Part shown: positions 39,101 to 48,567 of the stretch, piece after piece | Layout: each line of letters starts with the position of its first letter | How positions within the stretch are numbered: position 1 is the first letter of the stretch | Assembly (NCBI GenBank): GCA_041608535.1 | Contig: JBFISM010000001.1 | Coordinates: 30,139-94,138, forward strand | Direction: 5' to 3' | DNA length: 64,000 nt | From: Acidimicrobiia bacterium | GTDB lineage: Bacteria; Actinomycetota; Acidimicrobiia; Spongiisociales; UBA5794 | Notes under the pieces: generated by a model | Seen by the model: the letters and a program-made list of their open reading frames with translations, nothing else | Told to the model about the DNA's origin: nothing | The model's database searches: none | Translations under genes and position numbers: made by a program

Positions 39101-39113
39101 CCCCCTAAGGGGG
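39101..39113 (+). other. 5'UTR hairpin CCCCC-TAA-GGGGG overlapping the flp Shine-Dalgarno (GGGGGA)
   Basis: perfect 5-bp G:C stem with 3-nt loop; 3' arm is the SD 8 nt upstream of ATG 39122; possible translational control element. Confidence 0.4.
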
Positions 39114-39121
39114 ACTTAAAC

Positions 39122-39316
39122 ATGGGGGAAACTTTCCAGGGCCTCACGGCCTCAGATCCAACGAACCAGCAGCGCCGTCTCTCGGGGGAGGACGGTGAGG
39201 TCCGAGTCGAGTACGCCCTCGTGGCGGCTGTACTCGCTGCGGTGGCAGTCGGCATGCTCACGATCATGGATCGAGGCGTGCAGGACGTCGTGGAGGCCGT
39301 CAAGCTGCTGTTCTAG
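39122..39316 (+). CDS. flp: Flp family type IVb pilin
   Basis: 64 aa; Flp motif G/EVRVEYALVAAVLAAVAVGMLTI (G-x4-EY-ALx hydrophobic helix); SD GGGGGA; monocistronic with promoter and terminator. Confidence 0.75.
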   Translation: MGETFQGLTASDPTNQQRRLSGEDGEVRVEYALVAAVLAAVAVGMLTIMDRGVQDVVEAVKLLF

Positions 39317-39344
39317 GAGCACCGCTACCAACTCGGTGCACTAC

Positions 39345-39390
39345 CGAAGGGCGCATCCCCGACACCAGGGTGCGCCCTTCGCCGGTTTTC
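39345..39390 (+). terminator. intrinsic terminator (11-bp stem CGAAGGGCGCA/TGCGCCCTTCG, then GGTTTTCC)
   Basis: perfect stem 39345..39355 / 39371..39381, T-run 39386..39389, 29 nt after flp stop. Confidence 0.7.
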
Positions 39391-39397
39391 CGGCGCC

Positions 39398-40249
39398 TCA
39401 ACCCGACAGCTCCCGCATTCCCAACAACTCGACTGCTTGACCACCGACCCACTCGACGAACGTCCGCTCGGTGAACAACCGGTATTCGGCCACACGCCAC
39501 CAAGCATCCCGGGGATGGACCGCCTCGATGTCGCCCCGGGCCGCACAATGCAGCGAGACGTAGGTGAAGCCCGGTTCCGCCTCGCTCACCAGCCTGCGGA
39601 ACACGACGGGACACTCTTCATCTCGATAACTCAGCCCCATCCAAAAGCGATCGGCAAAGGCAAGCCCGGCGTCTTCGAGCCGTGCTCTGGCATGGTGCAG
39701 GGCGGAGAGATCGGAGTCGTCCCAGTTGACGTCGTTCACATAACCGGCGACGTCCGCAGGGAAGAGTGTGGGGATCTCGTATTCGACAGCGATCGAAACG
39801 GTGACCTCAGCCAGCTCGGGAACCAGAGCAGCACCCATGTGGTGATCGAGATGGGTCACCGTGATACCCGCATCCAGGGCGGTGTCGAGCTGGCGTCGCA
39901 GCTCCACGTCGGCCGCTTCCGCCGACACATTCACCCGCACCTCGTCGACAGTGGTCCACATGAATCCGTCCTCGTCGGCGAGTCCGGGGATCGATGTGAG
40001 GGGTCGCCACCGGAAGGCCGCGGATTCGCTCGTGAGCGCGAGGTGGACGCCCATGTCGAGGTCCGGTCGTCGGCGGCACAGCGCAGCCGTTTCGGCGAAC
40101 CAGCCACTCGGCACGATCGTCGAACCCGACATGACGAGCCCAGCGTCCCACACCTCCTCCATGGCCACGTTGCTCGCGTGGGAGCAGCCGACATCGTCCA
40201 CGTGGAACGCCAGTTGCGCCGGAGGATGGCCGAGCTGGGTCGAGGTCAT
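39398..40249 (-). CDS. ChbG/HpnK (YdjC-like) family carbohydrate deacetylase
   Basis: N-terminal motif LAFHVDDVGCSHASNVAMEEVWDAGLV matching YdjC-like DDFG...N; 283 aa. Confidence 0.65.
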   Translation of the reverse strand: MTSTQLGHPPAQLAFHVDDVGCSHASNVAMEEVWDAGLVMSGSTIVPSGWFAETAALCRRRPDLDMGVHLALTSESAAFRWRPLTSIPGLADEDGFMWTTVDEVRVNVSAEAADVELRRQLDTALDAGITVTHLDHHMGAALVPELAEVTVSIAVEYEIPTLFPADVAGYVNDVNWDDSDLSALHHARARLEDAGLAFADRFWMGLSYRDEECPVVFRRLVSEAEPGFTYVSLHCAARGDIEAVHPRDAWWRVAEYRLFTERTFVEWVGGQAVELLGMRELSG

Positions 40250-40318
40250 CGGAATCTCGTTGCACGGATCGGCGGCACGGAATCAATCGAGCAGCGTAGC
40301 GAGTCCGGCTCCTGCCGA

Positions 40319-41323
40319 TCAGCCGGCACCGGCCATTGTGGTCGCCGCAGGGTCGCGATTTGCTGCGAACCAGGCGGCGAGCTCGGCAAAACCATCGTCC
40401 AGACTCACCTCGGGGAACCACCCGAGCGCCTGCTGGGTGCGCCGCTGGTCGAACCAGTGGGCGGTACTGAGCTGTTCGGCCAGGAAAGCCGTCAACGGAG
40501 GCTCTCCGCGACGGCCGGTTCGCAGCCATACCTGCTCGATGGCGGCACCGGCCGCTCGGGCCATCGCAGCAGGTATGCGAATGCTCGGCGGTGGCACACC
40601 TGCGGCGCGCAGGATGCGTGCCACCATCTCGGCGACAGGCCGGGGCTGGGCGTTGCTGACCACGAGCGGCTCACCATCGATGGCCGGGGCGCGGTCGAGC
40701 GCAGCGACGAGTGCGGAGGCAGCGTTGGTGATGTAGGTCGTGTCGATCAACGCCATACCGGAACCCACCGTTGCCAACCGCCCCTGTCGGGCGCGAGCGA
40801 CGATCCTCCCCACGAGCTGCGTGTCACCCGGCCCCCATACCAAGTGAGGCCGGATCACCGCAACCGCCATCGCCTGACCCGCCGCCTCGAGCGCAGACAG
40901 CTCGGCCAGAGCTTTGCTTCGGGCGTAGTGCCCGCGAACGCGATCGGGTGCGGCCGGGGTGGCTGGTGCGCCGACCAGAGCGTCGCCGTGATGGGCCACC
41001 GAAGGAGACGAGACATGCACGAAGCGGCCGGCCCCTGTGATCGCTGCTGCTTCGAGCAGGTTCATCGTGCCGATGACGTTGACCGCCTCGAACTCATCCC
41101 AGCCACCGACCACACCGACGCGAGCGGCCAGGTGGATCACGGCGTCGCAGCCAGTGACGGCATGCCGCACCGCAGCTACGTCGGTGATGTCGCCCAGTGT
41201 CTCGTCGCATCGCAGAGCGCTCGGACGGCGCTGCATGACACGCACATCGTCACCCCGCGCCAGCAGCCGCTCGGCGGTGGTGCGCCCGAGTAGTCCGGTA
41301 GCTCCCGTCACCAGCACCTTCAT
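40319..41323 (-). CDS. oleD: NAD-dependent epimerase/dehydratase (3-beta-HSD-like) reductase, OleD-type
   Basis: Rossmann GATGLLG, YxxxK (YARSK); start ATG 41323 overlaps stop of upstream oleBC (ATGA); ORF-track 198-aa N-extension is artefact. Confidence 0.7.
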   Translation of the reverse strand: MKVLVTGATGLLGRTTAERLLARGDDVRVMQRRPSALRCDETLGDITDVAAVRHAVTGCDAVIHLAARVGVVGGWDEFEAVNVIGTMNLLEAAAITGAGRFVHVSSPSVAHHGDALVGAPATPAAPDRVRGHYARSKALAELSALEAAGQAMAVAVIRPHLVWGPGDTQLVGRIVARARQGRLATVGSGMALIDTTYITNAASALVAALDRAPAIDGEPLVVSNAQPRPVAEMVARILRAAGVPPPSIRIPAAMARAAGAAIEQVWLRTGRRGEPPLTAFLAEQLSTAHWFDQRRTQQALGWFPEVSLDDGFAELAAWFAANRDPAATTMAGAG

Positions 41324-43905
41324 GGCGCTGCACTCCGAAGCCCGGCGCACACCTCGCTCGCCCACGAGGCCAACGCGATGCGATCGATCTTCGAGTTGTG
41401 TCTGATGTCGACCGGCAACTCCGGAACAACGAGAACTGCGGCCACATCGACCTCGGTCTCGCCACGAATCGCATCGGCCAGGTCGAGATCGGCCAGTCCG
41501 CTCACCCGCACCGGCATGGCCGGCTCGACCACGACCGCAACCACTTGGGCACCGGATGGACCCACCCCAACGACCGCAGAGCGCATCACCTCGTCCTGCG
41601 CGTTGATCGTTTGCTCGATGGGCACCGGCGTCACCGGGCCGGCCGCAGTTGTGACGACGTGGGCCAGCCGTCCTTCGATCCACAGCCGCCCGTGAGCGTC
41701 GAGATGCCCAACGTCGCCGGTGCGATGCCAGCCCGGAGGCGACGACGCCGCCAGCTCGGTCGCCCACAGCTGGTCGTAGCCGTCCCGCATGTGCTCGGCC
41801 CGCACACAGACCTCCCCGGTGACATCCGGATCCGTCACCAGCTCGACACCGCCGGTGCCTGGTGCGTCGAGGGGTGCGATCGCCAGGTCGACGCCGTCGA
41901 CGGGTCTGCCGACACACACCCCGCGACCCGCTTCCAGCTGCTCGAGTTCCTCCAGCGACACGTCGGCCACCGGGAGCACTTCCGTCATCCCATAGGGGGT
42001 GTGGATCCGGGCCGCCGGCAACACCCTGCGGACCGACCGCAACAGGCTGCGGTCGACCGGGGCTCCCGCGGACAGCACCAGCCGCACCCGGTGCAAAGCA
42101 GCTCGCTGATCGAGCGTCACTTCGCCGGCCGTGGCCACCACGTTGCGGAGTGCTGCGGGTGATGCGAACACCAGCGTGGCGTCGATCGCACTCACGGCCT
42201 CGGCGAGCTTCGTGGCGGTCAGTGTGGCCGGTGCCGTGATGTCCATGTCGGGCACGATCGAGGCGATACCCATGAGCGGCCCGTAGAGGGCGAAAGGTGC
42301 GAAGGCGGCGACAAGCCGGTCGGAAGGCTGGATCCCGTAGAGCTGCATCAGGGCGTCGCGCTGCGCCTCCACCTGGCGATGCTTGTACCTCACTCCCTTT
42401 GCCGGACCGGTGGCCCCTGAGGTGAACGCAACTGCGGCTATATCGTCGGGTGCGGGAAGCGGCAACGGCCCCACGTCGGCGTCACGCAACCCGGTCAGAC
42501 TGGCGGCACTGCGCAACGTGCGACGCAGCGGAGCCGCCAGCTCGGTGACGCTGATGCGCTCACCCGGCCACCGCATCGCGGTCGCCGCTGCCAGAGCCTT
42601 CACCCCGCCGATGAGGAATCGTGGTGCCGCACTTGCCAGCGCTGACGAGATACCGCGCCCGCCCAGACCAGCATCGACGAAGACGGCTACCCCACCAACG
42701 CGCCACACCGCGTGCAGCGCAGCCGCCAGATCGATGCCCGGCTCCACGAGCAGGGCAACACGGTCACCGGGGCACACCCCGTGGCTGAGCAAACCCGCAG
42801 CGACTTCGGTGACCCTGCGCTCCAGCTCGGCGAAGCTCGCCCGGCGTACCTCGCCATCGGCGATCTCGGCGATGGCCAGGTCCTCGTCCTCGGCCCGCTC
42901 CTGCAACGCAAGCCACACCCGACGTCGCTGACCCGTTGCGGAGTGGGCAGAGGCCGGGATGCCGTGACCCTCGTCCACGGGACGGGTGCGTCGGTCGGGC
43001 AACTCTTCCATCCAGCGCAGCACGACGCCGGCCACGTCTGCGTCCTCGGGTACGAGGTGGCCGGCGCCGGCCAAGCGGTGGGTCACGGCCGCGGGAAACC
43101 GCCGCTGCAGATCGCGGAGATACACGTCGTTGAAGATCGGATCCTTGCCTCCCCACACCAGCAGGGCCGGGACATCGGCGAGCTGTGGTATGAAGGCGGC
43201 GATCTCGGCCAGTGTCGCCGCGGTCGGATGATCGGAACGGAACGGGATGTCCGCCACGAAGTCGGCGATTCCCTTCCGCCGGTGCGCCGCCAGATAGGGC
43301 GACTCATACCCGCGGCGAACGGCGGCAGCGGGTCGAGGCCGTGACAGCGCCGTCGCTCCTCTCACGAACCACGGAGTGCGCTGACACAGCAGCCGCCGCA
43401 GCGGGGCGGCCTGGGCCAGTCGCAGCAGGGTCGCCCCGGGTGTCGGCTCCGGTTGGTCCACGGCGGTGTTCATCAGCACGATGCCCTCGAGCTGCGCCAC
43501 GTGCTGCACTGCCCAGCCAACCGAGACGGGTCCGCCCCAGTCGTGCCCCACCGTGACAACCCGACCTTCGATTCCGAGCGCAGCGGTGAGCGCAGACAGA
43601 TCGTCTATCCGATCGGCCAGCCGCCGCCGCCGGCCGGTTCGTTCCGAGAACCCCATCTCGAGTTGGTCGACGGCAACCACCCGGACGTCGGTCGGTGCCG
43701 CCGCCAGTAGATCGCGCCACAGATACGACCAGGTCGGGTTGCCATGCACACAGAGGATGGTCCGCTCCGGATCGACCGGTGCGGTATCGAGCACGTGCCA
43801 GGTGACTCCGTCTGCAACGGTGACGAGACGTGACCACTCGGGGGCGAGACCCGGGAGATCGTCCGGGGGAAGTTCGGCTGCAGCGGATGAACCGGGTATT
43901 ACCAC
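41320..43905 (-). CDS. oleBC: OleB-OleC fusion: alpha/beta hydrolase (haloalkane-dehalogenase-like) + AMP-dependent synthetase/ligase
   Basis: N-domain HGNPTWSYLWR and GHDWGG nucleophile-elbow; C-domain AMP-binding motif FTSGATGPAKGV, YGMTE; GTG start 43905 overlapping oleA stop; 861 aa. Confidence 0.75.
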   Translation of the reverse strand: MVIPGSSAAAELPPDDLPGLAPEWSRLVTVADGVTWHVLDTAPVDPERTILCVHGNPTWSYLWRDLLAAAPTDVRVVAVDQLEMGFSERTGRRRRLADRIDDLSALTAALGIEGRVVTVGHDWGGPVSVGWAVQHVAQLEGIVLMNTAVDQPEPTPGATLLRLAQAAPLRRLLCQRTPWFVRGATALSRPRPAAAVRRGYESPYLAAHRRKGIADFVADIPFRSDHPTAATLAEIAAFIPQLADVPALLVWGGKDPIFNDVYLRDLQRRFPAAVTHRLAGAGHLVPEDADVAGVVLRWMEELPDRRTRPVDEGHGIPASAHSATGQRRRVWLALQERAEDEDLAIAEIADGEVRRASFAELERRVTEVAAGLLSHGVCPGDRVALLVEPGIDLAAALHAVWRVGGVAVFVDAGLGGRGISSALASAAPRFLIGGVKALAAATAMRWPGERISVTELAAPLRRTLRSAASLTGLRDADVGPLPLPAPDDIAAVAFTSGATGPAKGVRYKHRQVEAQRDALMQLYGIQPSDRLVAAFAPFALYGPLMGIASIVPDMDITAPATLTATKLAEAVSAIDATLVFASPAALRNVVATAGEVTLDQRAALHRVRLVLSAGAPVDRSLLRSVRRVLPAARIHTPYGMTEVLPVADVSLEELEQLEAGRGVCVGRPVDGVDLAIAPLDAPGTGGVELVTDPDVTGEVCVRAEHMRDGYDQLWATELAASSPPGWHRTGDVGHLDAHGRLWIEGRLAHVVTTAAGPVTPVPIEQTINAQDEVMRSAVVGVGPSGAQVVAVVVEPAMPVRVSGLADLDLADAIRGETEVDVAAVLVVPELPVDIRHNSKIDRIALASWASEVCAGLRSAAP

Positions 43906-44918
43906 CGGATCTCGGTTGCGGAGGCGTTGATACCCGATCCGATGCCCAAGCACAGCACGCGATCGCCCGGCTGCAGCGTCTCTTGCGCACCGGCCAGAGT
44001 GATCGGCACCGATGCCGGGCCGACATTCCCCAGGGTCGGGAAGGTGAGGGGCACCTTGTCCATGTCGATGCCGAGGTTCTGGCACATCATGGTGGTGTGC
44101 ACCGCCGAGACCTGATGGATGATGTAGCGATCCATGTCGAGCCAGCCGAAGTCCTCTGCATCGACCCACGCCGTCTTCGCCAGCAGGATGCCGGCATCGA
44201 GCAGGCCACGCGAGTCTGTGCGCATCTGCTCGATCGTCCCCACACACAGCTTGTGATGACTGGTATCGGCCCGAGCGATGCCACCGAGCACCTCGTGTCC
44301 CTCCGGGTGGCGCTCGTATGACCCCAGCACCGCGCCGGCGCCACCCGACCCGAGCGTGAGCGTGGCAAACTCGGCGAACAGATCACCGATCTCGGTCTCG
44401 GGCCTCGCCAGCCGCTGCAACGTGCGCTCCTGGGTGTAGCGGCTGCCCTCCCCATCGACGATCAAGGCGTACTCGATCTGCCCGCTGTCGATCATGTTGC
44501 CTGCGATCTGCATCGCATTCATGAAGCCCAGACATGCATTGGAGAGATCGAAGTTGATGCACGAGCTCGGCAGCTCGAGCGCCTGATGCACACTGACGGA
44601 CGACGAGGGCTCGAGGCGCTCACGGCACACGGATGTGTCGATGAGCAGCCCGATCCGCTCCGGATCGATACCGGCAGCGTCGATGGCCTTGCGACCGGCG
44701 AGTGCCGCCGCATCCACGAAGCTCACGCCCTCGGGCCACCAGCGGCGCTCCTTGATGCCGGCCAGCGACTCCAGCAGCCCGGATTGAGCACCAAGCCGGG
44801 CGTACGTCTCGGCGAGCCGCTCATCGAATTCCTTTGATGTGACCACGATCGGCGCTTCGGCGGCAGCCACCGAGAGCAGTGCGGTGTCGGTGTGGGTGAA
44901 CGTGGCGTTTCCGGTCAT
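43899..44918 (-). CDS. oleA: FabH-like thiolase-superfamily condensing enzyme, OleA-type
   Basis: KAS III fold with active-site Cys in NACLGF, His/Asn region HQVS...GNVGPAS; 339 aa; first gene of oleA-oleBC-oleD operon. Confidence 0.75.
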   Translation of the reverse strand: MTGNATFTHTDTALLSVAAAEAPIVVTSKEFDERLAETYARLGAQSGLLESLAGIKERRWWPEGVSFVDAAALAGRKAIDAAGIDPERIGLLIDTSVCRERLEPSSSVSVHQALELPSSCINFDLSNACLGFMNAMQIAGNMIDSGQIEYALIVDGEGSRYTQERTLQRLARPETEIGDLFAEFATLTLGSGGAGAVLGSYERHPEGHEVLGGIARADTSHHKLCVGTIEQMRTDSRGLLDAGILLAKTAWVDAEDFGWLDMDRYIIHQVSAVHTTMMCQNLGIDMDKVPLTFPTLGNVGPASVPITLAGAQETLQPGDRVLCLGIGSGINASATEIRW

Positions 44919-45095
44919 GCGAATCTTTCTGGGGGACGGAAGGCTCTCTGGGGATGAGGAGGGACGGGCCGGCGCAGCTCGTATGGAGAGCCATCTCGTG
45001 CCGGTGCCGGTGAGGCGAGCAGAACGAACCCGGGGATCTTAGCGGGGCTCCGAGTCGTTCCAACAGTTCGCCCACCCGGTGGCTCCGGCTCCGCA

Positions 45096-46586
45096 TCACA
45101 GCCTGCCGTCGGCGATGGCTGCCATCACCTCCGCAGCGCGCTCACGCACCGCATCGACGTCCGACAGCCGGTGCAAAGTGTGATACTGCCGTGCCATTCT
45201 GGCGTTTTCGCCGAGTGTCTCCTCGTTGCGGGCGAGAAAGTCCCAGTACAGCGTGGTGAACGGACAGGCGTCCTCGCCGGTGCGCTTCTTCGGGTCGAAT
45301 CGGCACCCGGAGCAGTAGTCGCTCATGCGATTGATGTAGGCGCCACCTGAGACATACGGCTTGGTGCTCATCCTCCCACCGTCTGCCCACAGTCCCATGC
45401 CCATGACGTTGGGACCCATGACCCAGTTGCCACCGTCGACATAACGTGCCCGCATCCAATCCCGAACCAGCCGGGGATCCATGCCGTACAGGTTGGCGAA
45501 GTTCGCCAGCACCATCAGTCGCTGGATGTGATGGATCCAGGCGCGCTCTTCCAGACCGTCGAGCGCGATCGCGACACACCGTATATCAGTGGTGGCCGTG
45601 CCTTCCCACACCGGCGGCAGCTTGCGGGCGTGGTCGAGGACATTGGCGTCATACTGCTCGGGCCACATCCAATAGATGCCCCAGACGAACTCTCGCCATC
45701 CGATGATCTGCCGGATGACACCCTCCGCCGAATTGATCGGGACGTCGCCGGCCCGGTACGCCGCCTCGACCTCGTCACACACCTCCTCGGGCCCGATCAG
45801 GCCGAGGTTGAGATACGGGCTCAACAGAGAATGAGCCAGATGCCAGTTGTCCGCGAGCATGGCATCTTCGTACGGTCCGAAGATCGGGAGCACTTCGGAG
45901 ACGAAATGACGCAGGCGTGCCAGGGCGGCCCGTCGCGAGGTCGCCCACCATCCCACCGGGTCGGCACCCGGAGCTTCGTCGGGTAGCTCGGCGAGAACCG
46001 TCGCGTCGAGCTCGTCCAGCCGGCTCCGCACCGGCTCCGGCCAGGTTCCTCCGTCGGCCGGCGAGGGCTCGCGGTTGTCCTCGTCGTAGTTCCATCGCCC
46101 CCCCGCGGGATGATCGCCATCCATCAGATAGCCGAGTCGTCTGCGCTGCCACCGATAGAAGTCCTCCATGCGCAGCGTGGTCCGATCCCCGACCCAATCT
46201 GCAAAGTCGTCACGGTGGCAGAGAAACTGGTTGGACCGCGTGAGCTCGATGTCGAGCGCAGAGACGAGCGCAGCAACCTCCCGAGAGTTCGGCTCGGTGG
46301 CCACCACCCGGTCGGGGCTGAACTCCTCACGGTGAGCTTCCAACCCGCGGCGTAGCGTTGCCGCCTTCCGATAATCGACCTCGTATCCCGCAGTGCGCAA
46401 CTCATCGGCGAATCGTCGCATCGCGGTCATCACCAGGTGCAGGCGCTGCCGATGAAAGCCGGGGCGGTTCACCATCGCTGCGCTCTCGACCATGAGGACC
46501 CGATCCTGAGCCGGCTCGGTCGAGTCGAGGGCGCCGATCCCACGATTGAGCTGATCACCGAAGACCCACACGGTGGTTCGCGTCAT
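45096..46586 (-). CDS. cryptochrome/photolyase family protein (FeS-BCP/(6-4)-photolyase-like with 4-Cys cluster)
   Basis: photolyase-type N-terminal alpha/beta domain (VWVFGDQL) and FAD-binding helical domain; Cys in CDEVEAAY, CVAIALD, YCSGCRF...DACPF consistent with Fe-S cluster class; start at MTRTT (46586). Confidence 0.7.
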   Translation of the reverse strand: MTRTTVWVFGDQLNRGIGALDSTEPAQDRVLMVESAAMVNRPGFHRQRLHLVMTAMRRFADELRTAGYEVDYRKAATLRRGLEAHREEFSPDRVVATEPNSREVAALVSALDIELTRSNQFLCHRDDFADWVGDRTTLRMEDFYRWQRRRLGYLMDGDHPAGGRWNYDEDNREPSPADGGTWPEPVRSRLDELDATVLAELPDEAPGADPVGWWATSRRAALARLRHFVSEVLPIFGPYEDAMLADNWHLAHSLLSPYLNLGLIGPEEVCDEVEAAYRAGDVPINSAEGVIRQIIGWREFVWGIYWMWPEQYDANVLDHARKLPPVWEGTATTDIRCVAIALDGLEERAWIHHIQRLMVLANFANLYGMDPRLVRDWMRARYVDGGNWVMGPNVMGMGLWADGGRMSTKPYVSGGAYINRMSDYCSGCRFDPKKRTGEDACPFTTLYWDFLARNEETLGENARMARQYHTLHRLSDVDAVRERAAEVMAAIADGRL

Positions 46587-46656
46587 GACACGTGTCCCGT
46601 ACGAGTTCTCACAACCAACGACTCCCGATAGCGTGACGGCCGACGATAGGACGGTG

Positions 46657-47388
46657 ATGACCACTCCCATCCACCCGGGACGACCGCCCCACCACATCGA
46701 GCATCCGGTGATGATCCAGCAGTGGCGATCCCTGACGTACCTGCACTGGCCATATCCCCCCGAGCAGGTTCAAGCGACACTGCCGGATGGGCTCGAAGTC
46801 GATCTCTTCGATGGCATGGCCTGGGTGGGACTGATCCCCTTTCACATGGTGGACATTGCGTTGCCGCGGATGCCGCCGATCCCGTACCTGGGCACATTTC
46901 CCGAAACCAACGTGCGCACGTATGTGGTGGGCCCGCACGGACCCGGCGTGTGGTTCCACTCGCTCGACATCAACCGTCTCCTCCCGGTGCTGGTGGCACG
47001 GCTGATCTACCGCCTGCCGTACATGTGGAGCAAGATGGCCGTGGTAGAGCGCAACCAGAGCGTGCGGTACACGTGTGTGCGACGCTGGCCGGCCTCGCCA
47101 GGAGCTACTTCGACCATCTCCGTGGAGATCGGCCAGGCGCTCGAAGAGCCGACCGCTTTCGAGCACTTCCTCTCCGCTCGCTGGCGGCTCTACACCAAGC
47201 TCGGGAAAAGACTCCTCGCAGGCGACGTGGAGCATGAGGTGTGGCCGTTACATCATGCCCGGGCGACGCGCGTCGACGACGGTCTCGTCGCCGCCACCGG
47301 ACTACCGGCCCCCGTTGCCGACGCCCACGTGATGTACTCCCCCGGCGTGACGGTTTCGGTGGGATGGCCCAAGATCGTCCGAGGCTGA
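46657..47388 (+). CDS. DUF2071 (YqjF-like) family protein
   Basis: 243 aa; conserved WRSLTYLHWPYP and GLIPF...GTFPETNVRTYV regions; start taken at in-frame ATG 46657 to avoid overlap with divergent photolyase start. Confidence 0.6.
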   Translation: MTTPIHPGRPPHHIEHPVMIQQWRSLTYLHWPYPPEQVQATLPDGLEVDLFDGMAWVGLIPFHMVDIALPRMPPIPYLGTFPETNVRTYVVGPHGPGVWFHSLDINRLLPVLVARLIYRLPYMWSKMAVVERNQSVRYTCVRRWPASPGATSTISVEIGQALEEPTAFEHFLSARWRLYTKLGKRLLAGDVEHEVWPLHHARATRVDDGLVAATGLPAPVADAHVMYSPGVTVSVGWPKIVRG

Positions 47389-47394
47389 CCCGAG

Positions 47395-47823
47395 TCACAG
47401 CACCATCGAGGTCACCAGGGCGCCCCGCAACGACCAGCCTGCAGTCCTCCACCAGTTGCTGGTCACGAGACGGTCGATGAGGCGCGAGTCGTGCCGGTCG
47501 ACCAGTCGGCCGTGGATGGGCGCCTGCACCAACCCGGTCCCGATCCACAACACAGCCAGCACCAATCCGGCGAGGATGACCACACTCATCGTCACACCGT
47601 CCGGGACCATCCAAACGAGAAGCAGCGCAGACACCACCTCGGTGCCCGCAGGGAGCGCCAGCAGACGACCCATACTTTTCGTGTGACCCCGCGCATAGGC
47701 GACGAAATCGCTCTTGGGCAGCAGGGCGAACAGGGGGTAGTGCACGATTTGGACCATCCAGATCATGCCCACCATGAACCAGGTTGCCGCGGCGTGGATC
47801 GCCAGTAACGGGGACACGCTCAC
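47395..47823 (-). CDS. DUF1772-like membrane protein
   Basis: 142 aa, 4 TM helices; stop overlaps SDR start region (ATGA 47820..47823). Confidence 0.6.
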   Translation of the reverse strand: MSVSPLLAIHAAATWFMVGMIWMVQIVHYPLFALLPKSDFVAYARGHTKSMGRLLALPAGTEVVSALLLVWMVPDGVTMSVVILAGLVLAVLWIGTGLVQAPIHGRLVDRHDSRLIDRLVTSNWWRTAGWSLRGALVTSMVL

Positions 47824-48539
47824 TCGAATTGTGATGCCGCCAGCTCACAATCTCCTGCTGTGAGGGCGGCGAGTATCGCATCGGCAACGTCGCCGGGATC
47901 GAGGCCGCGTGGCATCGCCGGGGCCGAACCGGCTAGCGGACGGCTCGCCAGCCCGGTTTCCGTGTGTGGCGGCCGCACATCGAGCACGTGGATCCGCTTG
48001 CGACGCACTTCTTTCGCCAGCGCCCGGGTTGCGGCGCTCAGGGCCGCCTTGACGGCCGAGTATGCAACCATCCCGGGAATAGGCGTCTCGGCAACGACAC
48101 CCGTCACGTTGACGACAAAGCCGCCCTCCAAGTGGGGCAATGCGTGCCGGATGACGCGAAGTGGTCCGACCAGGTCGGTGGCGACCAACTCATCGAGCAC
48201 GGCATCGTCGAGCTCGGCGAGCGGGCCGAACGCCACGACGCCAGCGGCGTTGATCACTCCGTCGAGCCCGCCCAGCATGGCAACCGCCGTCTCGACGACG
48301 TGCGCCGCATGTGCGGGCACGGTCAGGTCGAACTGCACCGAGCGCACCTCGCTCGATATCTCGGTGGCGCGCCTCTGCAGCCGCTCGGCATCGCGTCCGG
48401 CGAGAACCACAGCAGCACCGCTCGCATGGAGCCGTCGAGCCAGAGCGCTGCCGAGCACGCCGGACCCGCCGAGAACGAGGACCCTGGCGCCGCTGAGACC
48501 GACAACCGTGTCCTTTGTCGGTTGCCGGTCATCGGTCAT
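47820..48539 (-). CDS. SDR family oxidoreductase
   Basis: Rossmann LGGSGVLGSALARRL, catalytic YSAVK; 239 aa. Confidence 0.8.
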   Translation of the reverse strand: MTDDRQPTKDTVVGLSGARVLVLGGSGVLGSALARRLHASGAAVVLAGRDAERLQRRATEISSEVRSVQFDLTVPAHAAHVVETAVAMLGGLDGVINAAGVVAFGPLAELDDAVLDELVATDLVGPLRVIRHALPHLEGGFVVNVTGVVAETPIPGMVAYSAVKAALSAATRALAKEVRRKRIHVLDVRPPHTETGLASRPLAGSAPAMPRGLDPGDVADAILAALTAGDCELAASQFE

Positions 48540-48567
48540 CTCGTCACCTGTCGCATAGTGGCGGATC

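Noticed and set aside
40319-41917. Long N-terminal extensions in ORF-track calls (e.g. 532-aa version of oleD, 697-aa permease 1479..3572, 474-aa ATPase, 539-aa DegT, 405-aa pirin)
   Set aside because: The extensions are Arg/Gly-rich and overlap upstream genes. Internal ATG/GTG starts coincide with stop codons of upstream genes or with SD motifs, so shorter gene models were used.
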